Source: an uncultured bacterium
Lineage (GTDB): Bacteria > Patescibacteriota > Microgenomatia > UBA1400 > UBA12108
DNA length: 35,441 nucleotides
Assembly (NCBI GenBank): GCA_963981525.1
Contig: CAXCDZ010000002.1
Span: forward strand, 1 to 35,441
Direction of reading: 5' to 3'
Positions 9,197-18,550 of this stretch are shown here, one piece after another. Position 1 is the stretch's first letter, and the number at the start of each line of letters is the position of its first letter. The position numbers were made by a program, and so were the translations under genes. The notes under the pieces were generated by a model. It saw only the letters and a program-made list of their open reading frames with translations. It searched no databases and had not been told where the DNA came from.

Positions 9197-10081
9197 TCAT
9201 GACTGGCCCAGCTCATGAGCGAGTTTCTCAATGAGTTTGCGGGCTTTGCGGCTGGTTCTTTTGGGGAGCATGACCTTGAGCTTGATGTAAAAGTCGCCCC
9301 TAGCACTACTTCTGAGATGTTTGACTCCTTTGCCACTTAGCCTAACAGTGGACGAGGGTTGGGTGCCAGCTCTCACCTTGAGCTTGAGCTCTCCGTCGAG
9401 TGTGGGCACCGTTGTCTGACCACCGAGGATTGCCATGGTCATCGGGATCTCGTGATAGGTGTAGACGTCCACGCCCTCGCGGCGGAAGAGTTTGTGATCA
9501 TCCACATTAATACTGACGTCAAACTCGTTGTAGCGAATGCGGGTACCGTCATCGGCACCGGCTGGGATCCTGACAGTGAATTCTTTGCCCTGATGGACGA
9601 AGCGTTTCTCGACTCCCTCGACTGCTTCCATGAACTTGATGGTGAGGGAGTAATGTGGCTTGACTCTTTTCTGACTACCAAAAGGGTTGGCGCCGCCAAA
9701 GAAACTCTCAAAAACGTTAAATGGATCGGAAAATCCGCCGGCACCGCGGAAAAGATCCTCGAATCCTCCGCCACCAGACGAATAGGAGTATGTGAAAGGA
9801 CCGGAGCGCTGCTGCTGGCCACCGGCACCGCGAGCGCCACCAAAACCAGCTGAGGGATCAAAAGCAGCGTGACCGAACTGGTCATACTTACCCCTCTTGC
9901 CCTTGTCGCTGAGGATCTCGTATGCTTCGTTGATTTCTTTAAACTTGGCTTCTGCACCCTTGTCCTTGTTCTTATCGGGGTGCCATTTGAGGGCGAGTTT
10001 GCGGTATGCAGTCTTAAGCTCGGATTCTGAGGAGTCTTTTTTTACCCCGAGGACATCGTAGTAGTCGCGTTTGCTGGTCAT
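9197..10081 (-). CDS. dnaJ: J-domain co-chaperone, DnaJ/CbpA-like, without the Cys-rich zinc-finger domain
   Basis: J domain ([33 protein letters not shown]), a G/F-rich linker and C-terminal substrate-binding beta domains. There are no CxxCxGxG repeats anywhere in the 294 aa. Confidence 0.9.
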   Translation of the reverse strand: MTSKRDYYDVLGVKKDSSESELKTAYRKLALKWHPDKNKDKGAEAKFKEINEAYEILSDKGKRGKYDQFGHAAFDPSAGFGGARGAGGQQQRSGPFTYSYSSGGGGFEDLFRGAGGFSDPFNVFESFFGGANPFGSQKRVKPHYSLTIKFMEAVEGVEKRFVHQGKEFTVRIPAGADDGTRIRYNEFDVSINVDDHKLFRREGVDVYTYHEIPMTMAILGGQTTVPTLDGELKLKVRAGTQPSSTVRLSGKGVKHLRSSARGDFYIKLKVMLPKRTSRKARKLIEKLAHELGQS

Positions 10082-10087
10082 AACATG

Positions 10088-10136
10088 ATTCTAACATCGA
10101 GAAGATGAACTAGCAATAAGAAGATGTGAGTGCTAA
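10088..10136 (-). promoter_or_regulatory. dnaJ promoter (TTGCTA-N17-TAGAAT) overlapped by a CIRCE-like inverted repeat
   Basis: The minus strand reads TTAGCACTC-ACATCTTCT-TATTGCTAG (10136-10110), against the CIRCE consensus TTAGCACTC-N9-GAGTGCTAA. The left arm matches 9/9 and the right arm 6/9. The right arm contains the -35 TTGCTA. The -10 TAGAAT (10093-10088) lies 6 nt before the dnaJ ATG. Confidence 0.6.
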
Positions 10137-10505
10137 GTGGTGCCGAATTGGCGGTCACCGGCATCCCCTAAGCCAGGGACAATATACTTATTCTTATCGA
10201 GATGATCGTCAACTGAGGCGGTGGTAATAATTACATCGGGATGGGCCTCATTGAGAGCTATGATGCCCTCGGGTGAAGAGATCATTGTAATCATATGAGA
10301 TTGATTTTCCTGAGAGATCCTTTGTGGCTTCGTAGACTAAGAGAGGTGTAAGGCTGTGAACAGCGGCGCGAAAAGTGGCCATGTCAGTGTCCTTATTGCG
10401 CATGATGGATAGATGCTGGCGGACCAAGGGATGATCAACGATGTTGACATGGAGATCTGCGCTGTTTTGGGCGGTCTGGAGCATGGTTAGGTCGGAATAA
10501 GGCAT
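10133..10505 (-). pseudogene. upp: Uracil phosphoribosyltransferase remnant with an internal deletion and a frameshift
   Basis: The N-terminal fragment ([45 protein letters not shown]) is in one frame. The C-terminal fragment ([48 protein letters not shown]) is in another frame and ends at TAG 10133-10135. About 100 central residues, including the PRPP loop (DPMLATGGS), are absent. Confidence 0.8.
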
Positions 10506-10541
10506 GGGTGTGATTATAGATCATTTATAGTATCTAAAATG

Positions 10542-10766
10542 CTAATAAAGTGGATCGTGAGGGGTGAAGCGGCGACCCTGAGTCTGACCGTCCTCATCGT
10601 ACAGACAGACAAACATCATGCACTGCCCCACTGTGCAGTTAATACAGTCATCGTACAGATGTACTACCGAACCGTTATCTGTACTCCCCCCTAATGACTC
10701 ACATAATCCAGTATTCTTACCTGTTGGCAGATCGTGAAAGAATAGTTGTGAGTCAATTTCGGGCAT
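10542..10766 (-). CDS. Hypothetical small Cys-containing protein (74 aa)
   Basis: ORF only. Contains five Cys (LCESL, DDCINCTVGQCMMFVCLYDEDG). No SD. Its start overlaps the end of the 25-codon ORF upstream. No family recognised. Confidence 0.3.
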   Translation of the reverse strand: MPEIDSQLFFHDLPTGKNTGLCESLGGSTDNGSVVHLYDDCINCTVGQCMMFVCLYDEDGQTQGRRFTPHDPLY

Positions 10767-10830
10767 AAAAAAAGAGCCATTTCTGGCTCGTGGTCCGCGT
10801 GTTTTGTGATGATGGTTTGCCTAGGTTCAT
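10753..10830 (-). CDS. Candidate 25-aa small ORF (MNLGKPSSQNTRTTSQKWLFFYARN) with a strong SD
   Basis: AGGAG lies 7 nt upstream of ATG (cat 10828-10830). A good promoter lies about 15 nt further upstream. This is the only part of track ORF 10753..11013 that does not overlap the HAD gene. Confidence 0.3.
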   Translation of the reverse strand: MNLGKPSSQNTRTTSQKWLFFYARN

Positions 10831-10850
10831 TTTTTTGCTCCTAGAATTAC

Positions 10851-10880
10851 ATTCTATAGAACAATGGTGGGGAGAGTCAA
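10851..10880 (-). promoter_or_regulatory. Putative promoter TTGACT-N18-TAGAAT driving the small-ORF locus
   Basis: On the minus strand, TTGACT is at 10880-10875 and TAGAAT at 10856-10851. It lies in the only sizeable intergenic gap downstream of the HAD pair. Confidence 0.45.
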
Positions 10881-10902
10881 CGAGAAGATTGGTGTTGTTG
10901 GT

Positions 10903-10928
10903 GTTACTATGTTTCGAAACATGGTAAC
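10903..10928. repeat. 26-nt near-perfect palindrome GTTACTATGTTTCGAAACATGGTAAC, copy 1
   Basis: Identical to 12589-12614. The two arms are 12 nt each with one T/G mismatch and centre on TTCGAA. Lies 22 nt upstream of the -35 of the small-ORF promoter and 9 nt after the HAD stop. Confidence 0.85.
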
Positions 10929-10936
10929 AAAAAGGG

Positions 10937-11794
10937 TTAGTTAATAAATTGTTGCAAGATTTTGATAATTCCATTCTCATCAACTGAGTTGCCGACAATA
11001 TAATTGCCTTCACTCTTAGACTTAACTAGATCTTGGAGTTCTTGCTTGGCGTTGCCCATGGCACCAGCGTAGCCACATAACTCGATGAACTGCCAATCAC
11101 TAGGACTATCTCCGACTCCCAAATAATCTGACATGGGAATGTTGAGAGAACTAGCAATACTAATTGCAGCTTCTTTTTTGCTAATACCGTGTGCCGTAAC
11201 GATCCCGAATTGGAGAGGTAGGATTACTGGGTGGACTCCCCAACTGGTTTTGACGAGGTCGTCAAACTGAGACATGATACTAACCACTCTCTCCTTATCC
11301 TTTTCGTTGAGTGCGATGGGCATGATTTTGGTGATCTTTTGCTTCCCAGCCTCCACAACCAAATCATCCACTATGACGGGATCTTGCTGGAGAACGTGAC
11401 GATGGCCTGGAGTAATACCGTCTGCGACTTGACTCTCTTGAATGTAGTAGTTGTCTACTGTGTAGAACTCGGTATAAACATTTTCCTCTAATAACTTCTT
11501 GATAACCTGAGTGGCCGAGTCGAAATCTAGATTATATTCTGCAACAACTTTACCTGCAATTGGATCAATAATAACCCCTCCTCCATCTGTGATGTGGAGA
11601 TTGTCGAGACCAGCGTCCTCGATAATCTTATCTATCGAGAAGTGTGGCTTGGCTGTGCAGAGAGTGATGGGAATACCGAGAGACTTGACTCGCTTGAGCT
11701 CGGCAATTACGTCAGGGTGAGGCCATGGAGAGTTGTAATCTATCTTCTCTCCAACAATAACTCCGTCGACGTCGAGAATTATTCCTTTGATCAT
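10937..11794 (-). CDS. HAD-superfamily hydrolase, Cof/subfamily IIB-like
   Basis: Motif I DVDGV near the N-terminus (MIKGIILDVDGVIVGE), motif II TLCTAKP, and a C-terminal GVGDSPSDWQF...GNA motif pattern. Its ATGA start/stop overlaps the upstream HAD gene. Confidence 0.8.
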   Translation of the reverse strand: MIKGIILDVDGVIVGEKIDYNSPWPHPDVIAELKRVKSLGIPITLCTAKPHFSIDKIIEDAGLDNLHITDGGGVIIDPIAGKVVAEYNLDFDSATQVIKKLLEENVYTEFYTVDNYYIQESQVADGITPGHRHVLQQDPVIVDDLVVEAGKQKITKIMPIALNEKDKERVVSIMSQFDDLVKTSWGVHPVILPLQFGIVTAHGISKKEAAISIASSLNIPMSDYLGVGDSPSDWQFIELCGYAGAMGNAKQELQDLVKSKSEGNYIVGNSVDENGIIKILQQFIN

Positions 11795-12561
11795 GTAGTT
11801 TTTCTTTCTGGCAATTTGCCTGATAATAATAAATCTATTGTATGAGCTAAGCCATCTTCATCTACTGATGGCGCAATGTAGTCTGCAATCTGTTTGAGAT
11901 CATGTGTGGCATTACCCATAGCAACTTTGTATCCTGCAGAGTTGAGAAGTGGAATATCATTATTATAGTCACCAACTGCAACAACTTCACTTTTGTTGAG
12001 ATTGAGTATTTGCAATAGATGTTTCATTGCAGATTCTTTTGTTGCTTCTTTGTGAGTGATGTGAATATCAACCTTTCCCTCATTCCATGATCCAGCGCTA
12101 TGGTATGCAATACCATCCACCTTGCTCAGTTTCTCAAGAATCTCGTCTTGATGTTGAGGTAATGTGTTCATGAGATAGATAACTCTCTCTGAACCTGTGA
12201 CTACTTTGTCTATTGCGGAAACTCCTTTTAGCTCATCTCCAAAGAGGATTTCAAATGAATAGGGTTTGCAAAGCTTGACTACCTGACTAACTTGCTTCTC
12301 TAATAGGCGTTTCTCCCACAATGTTTCTTTGCTAACTGGATTAATTATTTGAGTTCCACCAGAAATAATACATGGGTCAACCAGCCCAAGTTTTTCGAGA
12401 ATTGGCTTGGCGTTAGTTATTGGCCTGCCTGTCGCAGCGCAGACAATAATTCTTTCTTTGGCTTTGGCAACGGTGCTAATAACAGCTGATGATGGCACAC
12501 CATCTGTCTGCAGTGGTATTGCCGTGCCGTCGAGATCAAAAACTATTGCCTTATATTGCAT
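11791..12561 (-). CDS. HAD-superfamily hydrolase, Cof-type (subfamily IIB)
   Basis: MQYKAIVFDLDGT, CAATGRP, and AVGDYNNDIPLLNSAGYKVAMGNA are classic Cof motifs. Start set at ATG 12559-12561, because the track start at 12582 is a TTG. Confidence 0.85.
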   Translation of the reverse strand: MQYKAIVFDLDGTAIPLQTDGVPSSAVISTVAKAKERIIVCAATGRPITNAKPILEKLGLVDPCIISGGTQIINPVSKETLWEKRLLEKQVSQVVKLCKPYSFEILFGDELKGVSAIDKVVTGSERVIYLMNTLPQHQDEILEKLSKVDGIAYHSAGSWNEGKVDIHITHKEATKESAMKHLLQILNLNKSEVVAVGDYNNDIPLLNSAGYKVAMGNATHDLKQIADYIAPSVDEDGLAHTIDLLLSGKLPERKTT

Positions 12562-12588
12562 GTGGAGAATTATAACAGGCAAGATGTT

Positions 12589-12614
12589 GTTACTATGTTT
12601 CGAAACATGGTAAC
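12589..12614. promoter_or_regulatory. 26-nt palindrome copy 2, overlapping the -35 region of the HAD operon promoter (candidate operator)
   Basis: Same 26-mer as 10903-10928. TATAAT (minus strand, 12574-12569) lies 14 nt from the palindrome and 7 nt before the HAD ATG. Confidence 0.55.
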
Positions 12615-12656
12615 GCTACTATTGTTCAAATAATGGCAATGATTGGGTATGGAAGT

Positions 12657-12690
12657 TAATAATATAATGATTCGAATCATTATATTATTA
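12657..12690. repeat. Perfect 34-nt AT-rich palindrome TAATAATATAATGATTCGAATCATTATATTATTA
   Basis: Self-complementary over its whole length. The centre ATGATTCGAATCAT resembles the centre ATGTTTCGAAACAT of the 26-nt palindrome. Lies 14 nt after the HIT stop codon, and no U-tract follows. Confidence 0.8.
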
Positions 12691-12703
12691 GAATTGCTGA
12701 TAA

Positions 12704-13168
12704 TTATGAGAGGGATTGGCGGAGGCGAGTGGCGTAATCCAGGCGATCTGCTGGATCAGAGAGAATTTTGCTTCCAGCATGAACATTGAAGTCATCCCCC
12801 TCAAATCTTGGAAACACATGAAAGTGATAGTGAAAGGCATGTTGATCCCCTGCTGGCTCATTGTTCTGGAGGGTGGTGATGCCGTCACAGCTGTAGACCT
12901 CTTTCATGGCGAGAGCTACCTTTTTGGCAAGTTGTGTGATGTGTCCTGCTAGCTCGTCGGGGAGGTCGTAGATATTCTCATAATGTTTGTTAGGAACTAT
13001 GATTACGTGACCTGGATTGTTTTTGCGTCGGAATGAGTTGATGAAAGCACTAACTTGCTTGTCTTGATATACGAGGTCTTGCTGGAGAAGGAGTGTGTGT
13101 TTATTCTCGACCCCTTCTACTCCTAGGCAGATTGGACAGATGTATTCAGAGGGAGTGTGGTTGTGCAT
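12704..13168 (-). CDS. HIT-family (histidine triad) nucleotide hydrolase/transferase
   Basis: HAFHYHFHVFPR contains the HxHxHxx triad. Also has GHVIIVPNKH and an N-terminal CPIC motif. 154 aa. Confidence 0.85.
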   Translation of the reverse strand: MHNHTPSEYICPICLGVEGVENKHTLLLQQDLVYQDKQVSAFINSFRRKNNPGHVIIVPNKHYENIYDLPDELAGHITQLAKKVALAMKEVYSCDGITTLQNNEPAGDQHAFHYHFHVFPRFEGDDFNVHAGSKILSDPADRLDYATRLRQSLS

Positions 13169-13183
13169 GGAAGTATTGTAGCA

Positions 13184-13209
13184 ACAAAAAACCCCGCATT
13201 GCTGCGAGG
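13184..13209 (-). terminator. Rho-independent terminator after dnaK
   Basis: The minus strand reads CCTCGCA-GCAA-TGCGGGG followed by TTTTTTG, beginning about 30 nt after the dnaK stop. The stem is 7 bp with one G-U pair, and the loop is a GNRA tetraloop. Confidence 0.7.
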
Positions 13210-13242
13210 CTTTCCTTAATAAACAAACTGTTGTTAACAGTG

Positions 13243-15180
13243 CTACTTCTTTTTCTTTTTATCCTCTTTTTTTTCGTCACCGCCTTCGTCGACGACTTCG
13301 CCTTCTTCGGGCTGGTCATCTTTGGGTCCTTCGGTGGACTCAGGACCTGTCTGGTCGGAGCCAGACTCGGCTTCGGCGGCAGCTTTGTAGAGCTTTTCTC
13401 CATATTTGGAGAGTGACTCACTGGCCTTCTTGATCGCTTCGTCGATGGACTCGAGAGTGGCGTCATCCTTAGCCTTGACCTCTTTGAGTTCTTTGAGCGC
13501 GTCCTCGATCTCCTGCCTCTCAGCTTCCTCGATCTTGTCACCAGCATCCTTGAGAGTTTTCTCAGTCTGGAAGATCAGAGACTCGGCCTCGTTGTTCTTG
13601 TCGACGAGATCCTTTTTCTTTTTGTCTTCGTCGGCATATTTCTCGGCATCTTGACGCATCTTCTCGACCTCATCCTCGGAGAGGTTGGTGGCGTTTTTGA
13701 TGGTGATCTGTTGCTCTTTGCCGGTACCCTTGTCTTTCGCACTGACATTCAGGATGCCGTTGGCATCGATGTCAAAAGTGACCTCGATCTGAGGGATACC
13801 ACGAGGGGCTGGCGCTATCCCGTCGAGCACGAATCTACCGAGTGACTTGTTGTCTGCTGACATTGGACGCTCACCCTGCAGGACGCTGATATCAACCTGA
13901 GGTTGATTATCGGCGGCAGTTGAGAAAGTCTGACTCTTGCTGGTAGGTACAGTCGTGTTGCGCTCGATGAGAGGTGTCATGACCTGACCCATGGTCTCGA
14001 TACCGAGAGTGAGGGGTGAGACATCGAGGAGTAGTACATCGTTGACATCACCTGAGAGGATACCAGCCTGGATCGCGGCACCGAGTGCGACGACCTCATC
14101 TGGGTTGACGCCCTTGTGAGGCTCACGACCGAAGAAGTCCTCGACGGCTTTGCGCACTAGAGGCATGCGAGTCTGACCACCGACAAGGATGACCTCGTTG
14201 ATGTCAGTGGTTTTGAGTTTGGCGTCTTTGAGGGCTTTTTTCACTGGCTCGATGGTGCGCTTGACCAGGTCACCGGTGAGTTCCTCGAGCTTGGCCCTGG
14301 TAAGAGTCATAGTGAGGTGGAGAGGTTGGCCGTTACTACCTTGTGAAATGAAGGGTTGATTGATCTCGGCAGACTTACTACTACTGAGCTCGATCTTGGC
14401 CTTCTCGGCAGCGTCACGGATGCGCTGGAGAGCTTGCATATCTTTGTCTAACTCGACGTTGTGCTCTTTTTTGAACTCGGCAACGATCCAGTCGATAATG
14501 ACATGGTTAAAGTCGTCTCCACCGAGGAATGTGTCCCCGTTGGTACTCTTGACCTCGAAGACTCCGTCCCCGATCTCGAGAATAGAGATATCGAATGTAC
14601 CTCCACCGAGGTCGTAGACAGCGATCTTGCCTGACTTCTTCTTATCCAGGCCATAGGCGAGGGCGGCGGCTGTGGGCTCGTTGACGATACGTTTGACCTC
14701 TAGACCTGCGATCTGACCAGCTTGTTTGGTAGCCTGGCGCTGTGAGTCATCGAAGTATGCAGGAACGGTGACGACGGCATCGGTGACTTTTTCTCCCAAG
14801 TAGGCTTCGGCGTCGACCTTGGCTTTTTGGAGGATTTTGGCACTGATTTCTTGGGCGGTGTAGGTCTTGTCGCCGACTTTGACTGCGACTGAGCCTGCCT
14901 TACCTTCGACGATTTCGTAGGGGACTTTGCCCTGAGTGTCTTTGACCATTTTGTCGGTCATTTTGCGGCCGATGAGACGCTTGATACTGAAGATGGTTTT
15001 GGCGGGATTGAGGATCATCTGATTTTTGGCGACTGTGCCGACGAGACCTTTTTCTGGCTCGACGATACTAGGGATGATGTTGGCTCCTTCTGAAGTGGGG
15101 ATGACCTTAGCCTTGCCCCCCTCCATAACTGCGACGACTGAGTTAGTGGTACCTAGGTCGATTCCGATGGTTTTGCTCAT
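13243..15180 (-). CDS. dnaK: Molecular chaperone DnaK (Hsp70)
   Basis: 645 aa with [17 protein letters not shown] and [11 protein letters not shown] motifs and an acidic/Lys tail. AAGGAG SD lies upstream. Confidence 0.98.
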   Translation of the reverse strand: MSKTIGIDLGTTNSVVAVMEGGKAKVIPTSEGANIIPSIVEPEKGLVGTVAKNQMILNPAKTIFSIKRLIGRKMTDKMVKDTQGKVPYEIVEGKAGSVAVKVGDKTYTAQEISAKILQKAKVDAEAYLGEKVTDAVVTVPAYFDDSQRQATKQAGQIAGLEVKRIVNEPTAAALAYGLDKKKSGKIAVYDLGGGTFDISILEIGDGVFEVKSTNGDTFLGGDDFNHVIIDWIVAEFKKEHNVELDKDMQALQRIRDAAEKAKIELSSSKSAEINQPFISQGSNGQPLHLTMTLTRAKLEELTGDLVKRTIEPVKKALKDAKLKTTDINEVILVGGQTRMPLVRKAVEDFFGREPHKGVNPDEVVALGAAIQAGILSGDVNDVLLLDVSPLTLGIETMGQVMTPLIERNTTVPTSKSQTFSTAADNQPQVDISVLQGERPMSADNKSLGRFVLDGIAPAPRGIPQIEVTFDIDANGILNVSAKDKGTGKEQQITIKNATNLSEDEVEKMRQDAEKYADEDKKKKDLVDKNNEAESLIFQTEKTLKDAGDKIEEAERQEIEDALKELKEVKAKDDATLESIDEAIKKASESLSKYGEKLYKAAAEAESGSDQTGPESTEGPKDDQPEEGEVVDEGGDEKKEDKKKKK

Positions 15181-15244
15181 ATTTATTTTCTCCTTATTAG
15201 AGTAATTTTTAATTTGTATAAATAATTTTTATATTAATACCAAT

Positions 15245-15307
15245 AGGGTCTGACCCTTTTGGGCTGCTTTTCATGTCTTTGACTTGAGTCCTTTAGGGTC
15301 AGACCCT
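15245..15307 (+). repeat. Palindromic repeat element, copy A (AGGGTCTGACCCT...AGGGTCAGACCCT)
   Basis: Shares CAATAGGGTCTGACC...TTTTGGGCTGCTTTTC...GAGTCCTTTA(A)GGTCAGACCCTTT with copy C (26410-26471). Has 13-nt terminal inverted repeats. Overlaps the last ~12 codons and the stop codon of grpE. Confidence 0.85.
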
Positions 15308-15765
15308 TTGGAAGAGCCGCTACCAATGACGACGGAGGCTGTGCGGAGGACACGATCATGGAGTTTGTATCCCGTGCGAGTGGTGGCGATGATTTGACCT
15401 TGTTTGCCAGCCACGAGCTCGGAGCACTCCATGCAGGTGGGATCGAAGTCTCCTGATGTGTCGACTTTTACTACCCCCTCTTCCTGGATAATCTTGTCAA
15501 GCTGGGCCAAGAGCATTGAGATCCCCTGGTCGTTGAGACTCTGATCTGAGAGATCAAGGTTGTCACGAAGATCAAGGAGCTTGGTGATGAGATTGGCGGT
15601 TGCGAACTTGATTACGTGTGAGGAGTCGCGCTGGAAACGTTTTTCGAGATTGGCGTAGTCGGCCACTGCGCGAGCGAGTTTGGCCTCTAGAGCCTGGATC
15701 ATAGGATCAGGTGAGTTAGTATCTTTGGCCGGGGTTGGGGTTGGTTTGTGATCTTTTTTTGTCAT
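15271..15765 (-). CDS. grpE: Nucleotide exchange factor GrpE (compact, 164 aa)
   Basis: Coiled-coil N-terminal part (ALEAKLARAVADYANLEKRFQRD) and a C-terminal beta domain (GYKLHDRVLRTASVVIG). Located between hrcA and dnaK. The last residues SSKGSDPKGLKSKT and the TGA stop come from repeat copy A. Confidence 0.9.
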   Translation of the reverse strand: MTKKDHKPTPTPAKDTNSPDPMIQALEAKLARAVADYANLEKRFQRDSSHVIKFATANLITKLLDLRDNLDLSDQSLNDQGISMLLAQLDKIIQEEGVVKVDTSGDFDPTCMECSELVAGKQGQIIATTRTGYKLHDRVLRTASVVIGSGSSKGSDPKGLKSKT

Positions 15766-15767
15766 AG

Positions 15768-16511
15768 TTAACTCCAGGTAGCTGAGATCTCGTCAATGAG
15801 ACCGCCCATGTGTCTAAGCATGGGGTAAATAAACGGATAATTGAGTCTGGCTGGACCGATGACACCGAGTGTGCCGGTGAGATCACCTGCTGTGAAGTCG
15901 ACGTAAGCCATCCCGCAGGAATAGAGATGATCGATCCCGAAGTCGTCACCGACGATGATGTGGATGGGATCTGAGTCAAGTAGGGTGATCTTGGTAAATA
16001 AGTCTGTGAGTTCGCGGTGGGACTCGACCATCGAGAGGACGGCGCGGGTAACGTCGATGTCGTAGAACTCGGGGAGTGAGAGAATGTTGGCGTATCCGGA
16101 GGAGTAGACGCTACCATCTGAGGTGACAGCGACGCCGATGGTACCTGTCTTTTCGCTAAGTAATCTCGTTGACTCGCGAAGGAGGAGAGAGAGCTCGTTA
16201 CGGTTGTCCCAGATGCGTTCTTTGACATCTACCTCTTCTGTAACGGGGAGGTGATCCTCTGTCATGAGCTCGGAGACGTAGAGTTTGAGTGAGAGGGGAG
16301 GGGGGATGCGGCCTGCAGAGGTGGGGGGCTGTTGGAGGTAGCCCATGTCCTCGAGTCTGACCATTTCGTTGCGGATAGTAGCGGGGGAGACTCCGAGATT
16401 GAACTTCTTGTCCAATGTATCGGAACCTACTGGCTCACCAGTGGTGGTGTATTCCTCGACGATCGCTTTGATGATCGTGATCTGGCGAGGGCTAAGTGGT
16501 TTTGTACTCAT
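15768..16511 (-). CDS. hrcA: Heat-inducible transcription repressor HrcA (compact)
   Basis: Winged-helix N-terminus LSPRQITIIKAIVEEYTTTGEPVGSDTL...VSPATIRNEMVRLEDMGYLQQPPTSAGRIP. Start set at ATG 16509-16511, because the track ORF extends over the promoter and CIRCE. The stop lies 2 nt before the grpE ATG. Confidence 0.9.
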   Translation of the reverse strand: MSTKPLSPRQITIIKAIVEEYTTTGEPVGSDTLDKKFNLGVSPATIRNEMVRLEDMGYLQQPPTSAGRIPPPLSLKLYVSELMTEDHLPVTEEVDVKERIWDNRNELSLLLRESTRLLSEKTGTIGVAVTSDGSVYSSGYANILSLPEFYDIDVTRAVLSMVESHRELTDLFTKITLLDSDPIHIIVGDDFGIDHLYSCGMAYVDFTAGDLTGTLGVIGPARLNYPFIYPMLRHMGGLIDEISATWS

Positions 16512-16558
16512 ATTTCGGCTTTGCTCAATATAAATATTTCTGGCTAGCTCAATACTAG

Positions 16559-16595
16559 TTAGCAGTATAATAGCGAGAGTGCTAGCAGTTGTCAA
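16559..16595 (-). promoter_or_regulatory. hrcA-grpE-dnaK promoter (TTGACA-N17-TATTAT) with an embedded CIRCE operator
   Basis: The minus strand reads TTGACA (16595-16590), a 17-nt spacer, then TATTAT (16572-16567). CIRCE-like CTAGCACTC-TCGCTATTA-TACTGCTAA (16585-16559) compares with the consensus TTAGCACTC-N9-GAGTGCTAA at 8/9 and 7/9 for the two arms. Confidence 0.75.
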
Positions 16596-16604
16596 CAGGG
16601 AAAT

Positions 16605-18443
<1,839 letters not shown>

Positions 18444-18473
18444 GTCTGTTAGAGTTTGTCCTTTTTAGCCAAT

Positions 18474-18546
18474 AAGGACTCTCCTTTCACCTGCTGGTGA
18501 GCCCTTCTTGATTTGCAATCAGGAATTCCTGTTAAGGAGAGTCCTT
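18474..18546 (+). repeat. Palindromic repeat element, divergent copy F (AAGGACTCTCCTT...AAGGAGAGTCCTT)
   Basis: Has the same flanks as the family (CAATAAGG... and ...CCTTTG) and the same 13-nt terminal inverted-repeat architecture. The interior differs and contains two small hairpins (CACC-TGCT-GGTG and TGATT-TGC-AATCA). Lies between the murJ stop and the lepA start. Confidence 0.65.
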
Positions 18547-18550
18547 TGTA

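Noticed and set aside
12657-12690. GATTCGAATC and TTTCGAAAC motifs as possible tRNA T-arms.
   Set aside because: They are the centres of long perfect palindromes. No acceptor, D or anticodon arm can be drawn around them. No tRNA-like cloverleaf was found in any intergenic gap.
12690-12704. The 34-nt AT palindrome as the intrinsic terminator of the HIT gene.
   Set aside because: It consists entirely of A/T base pairs apart from the central CG, and no U-run follows it on the minus strand. It is recorded as a palindrome or candidate protein-binding site instead.
13146-13547. A 133-aa Lys/Arg/Ser-rich ORF overlaps the dnaK 3' end and the HIT start.
   Set aside because: It is an out-of-frame reading of the acidic/Lys-rich dnaK tail and crosses the dnaK terminator, so it has no independent support.
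15716-16228. A 170-aa Ser/Thr/Pro-rich ORF lies inside hrcA.
   Set aside because: It is an alternative frame of a gene with a clear HrcA signature, and its composition is typical of an off-frame translation.
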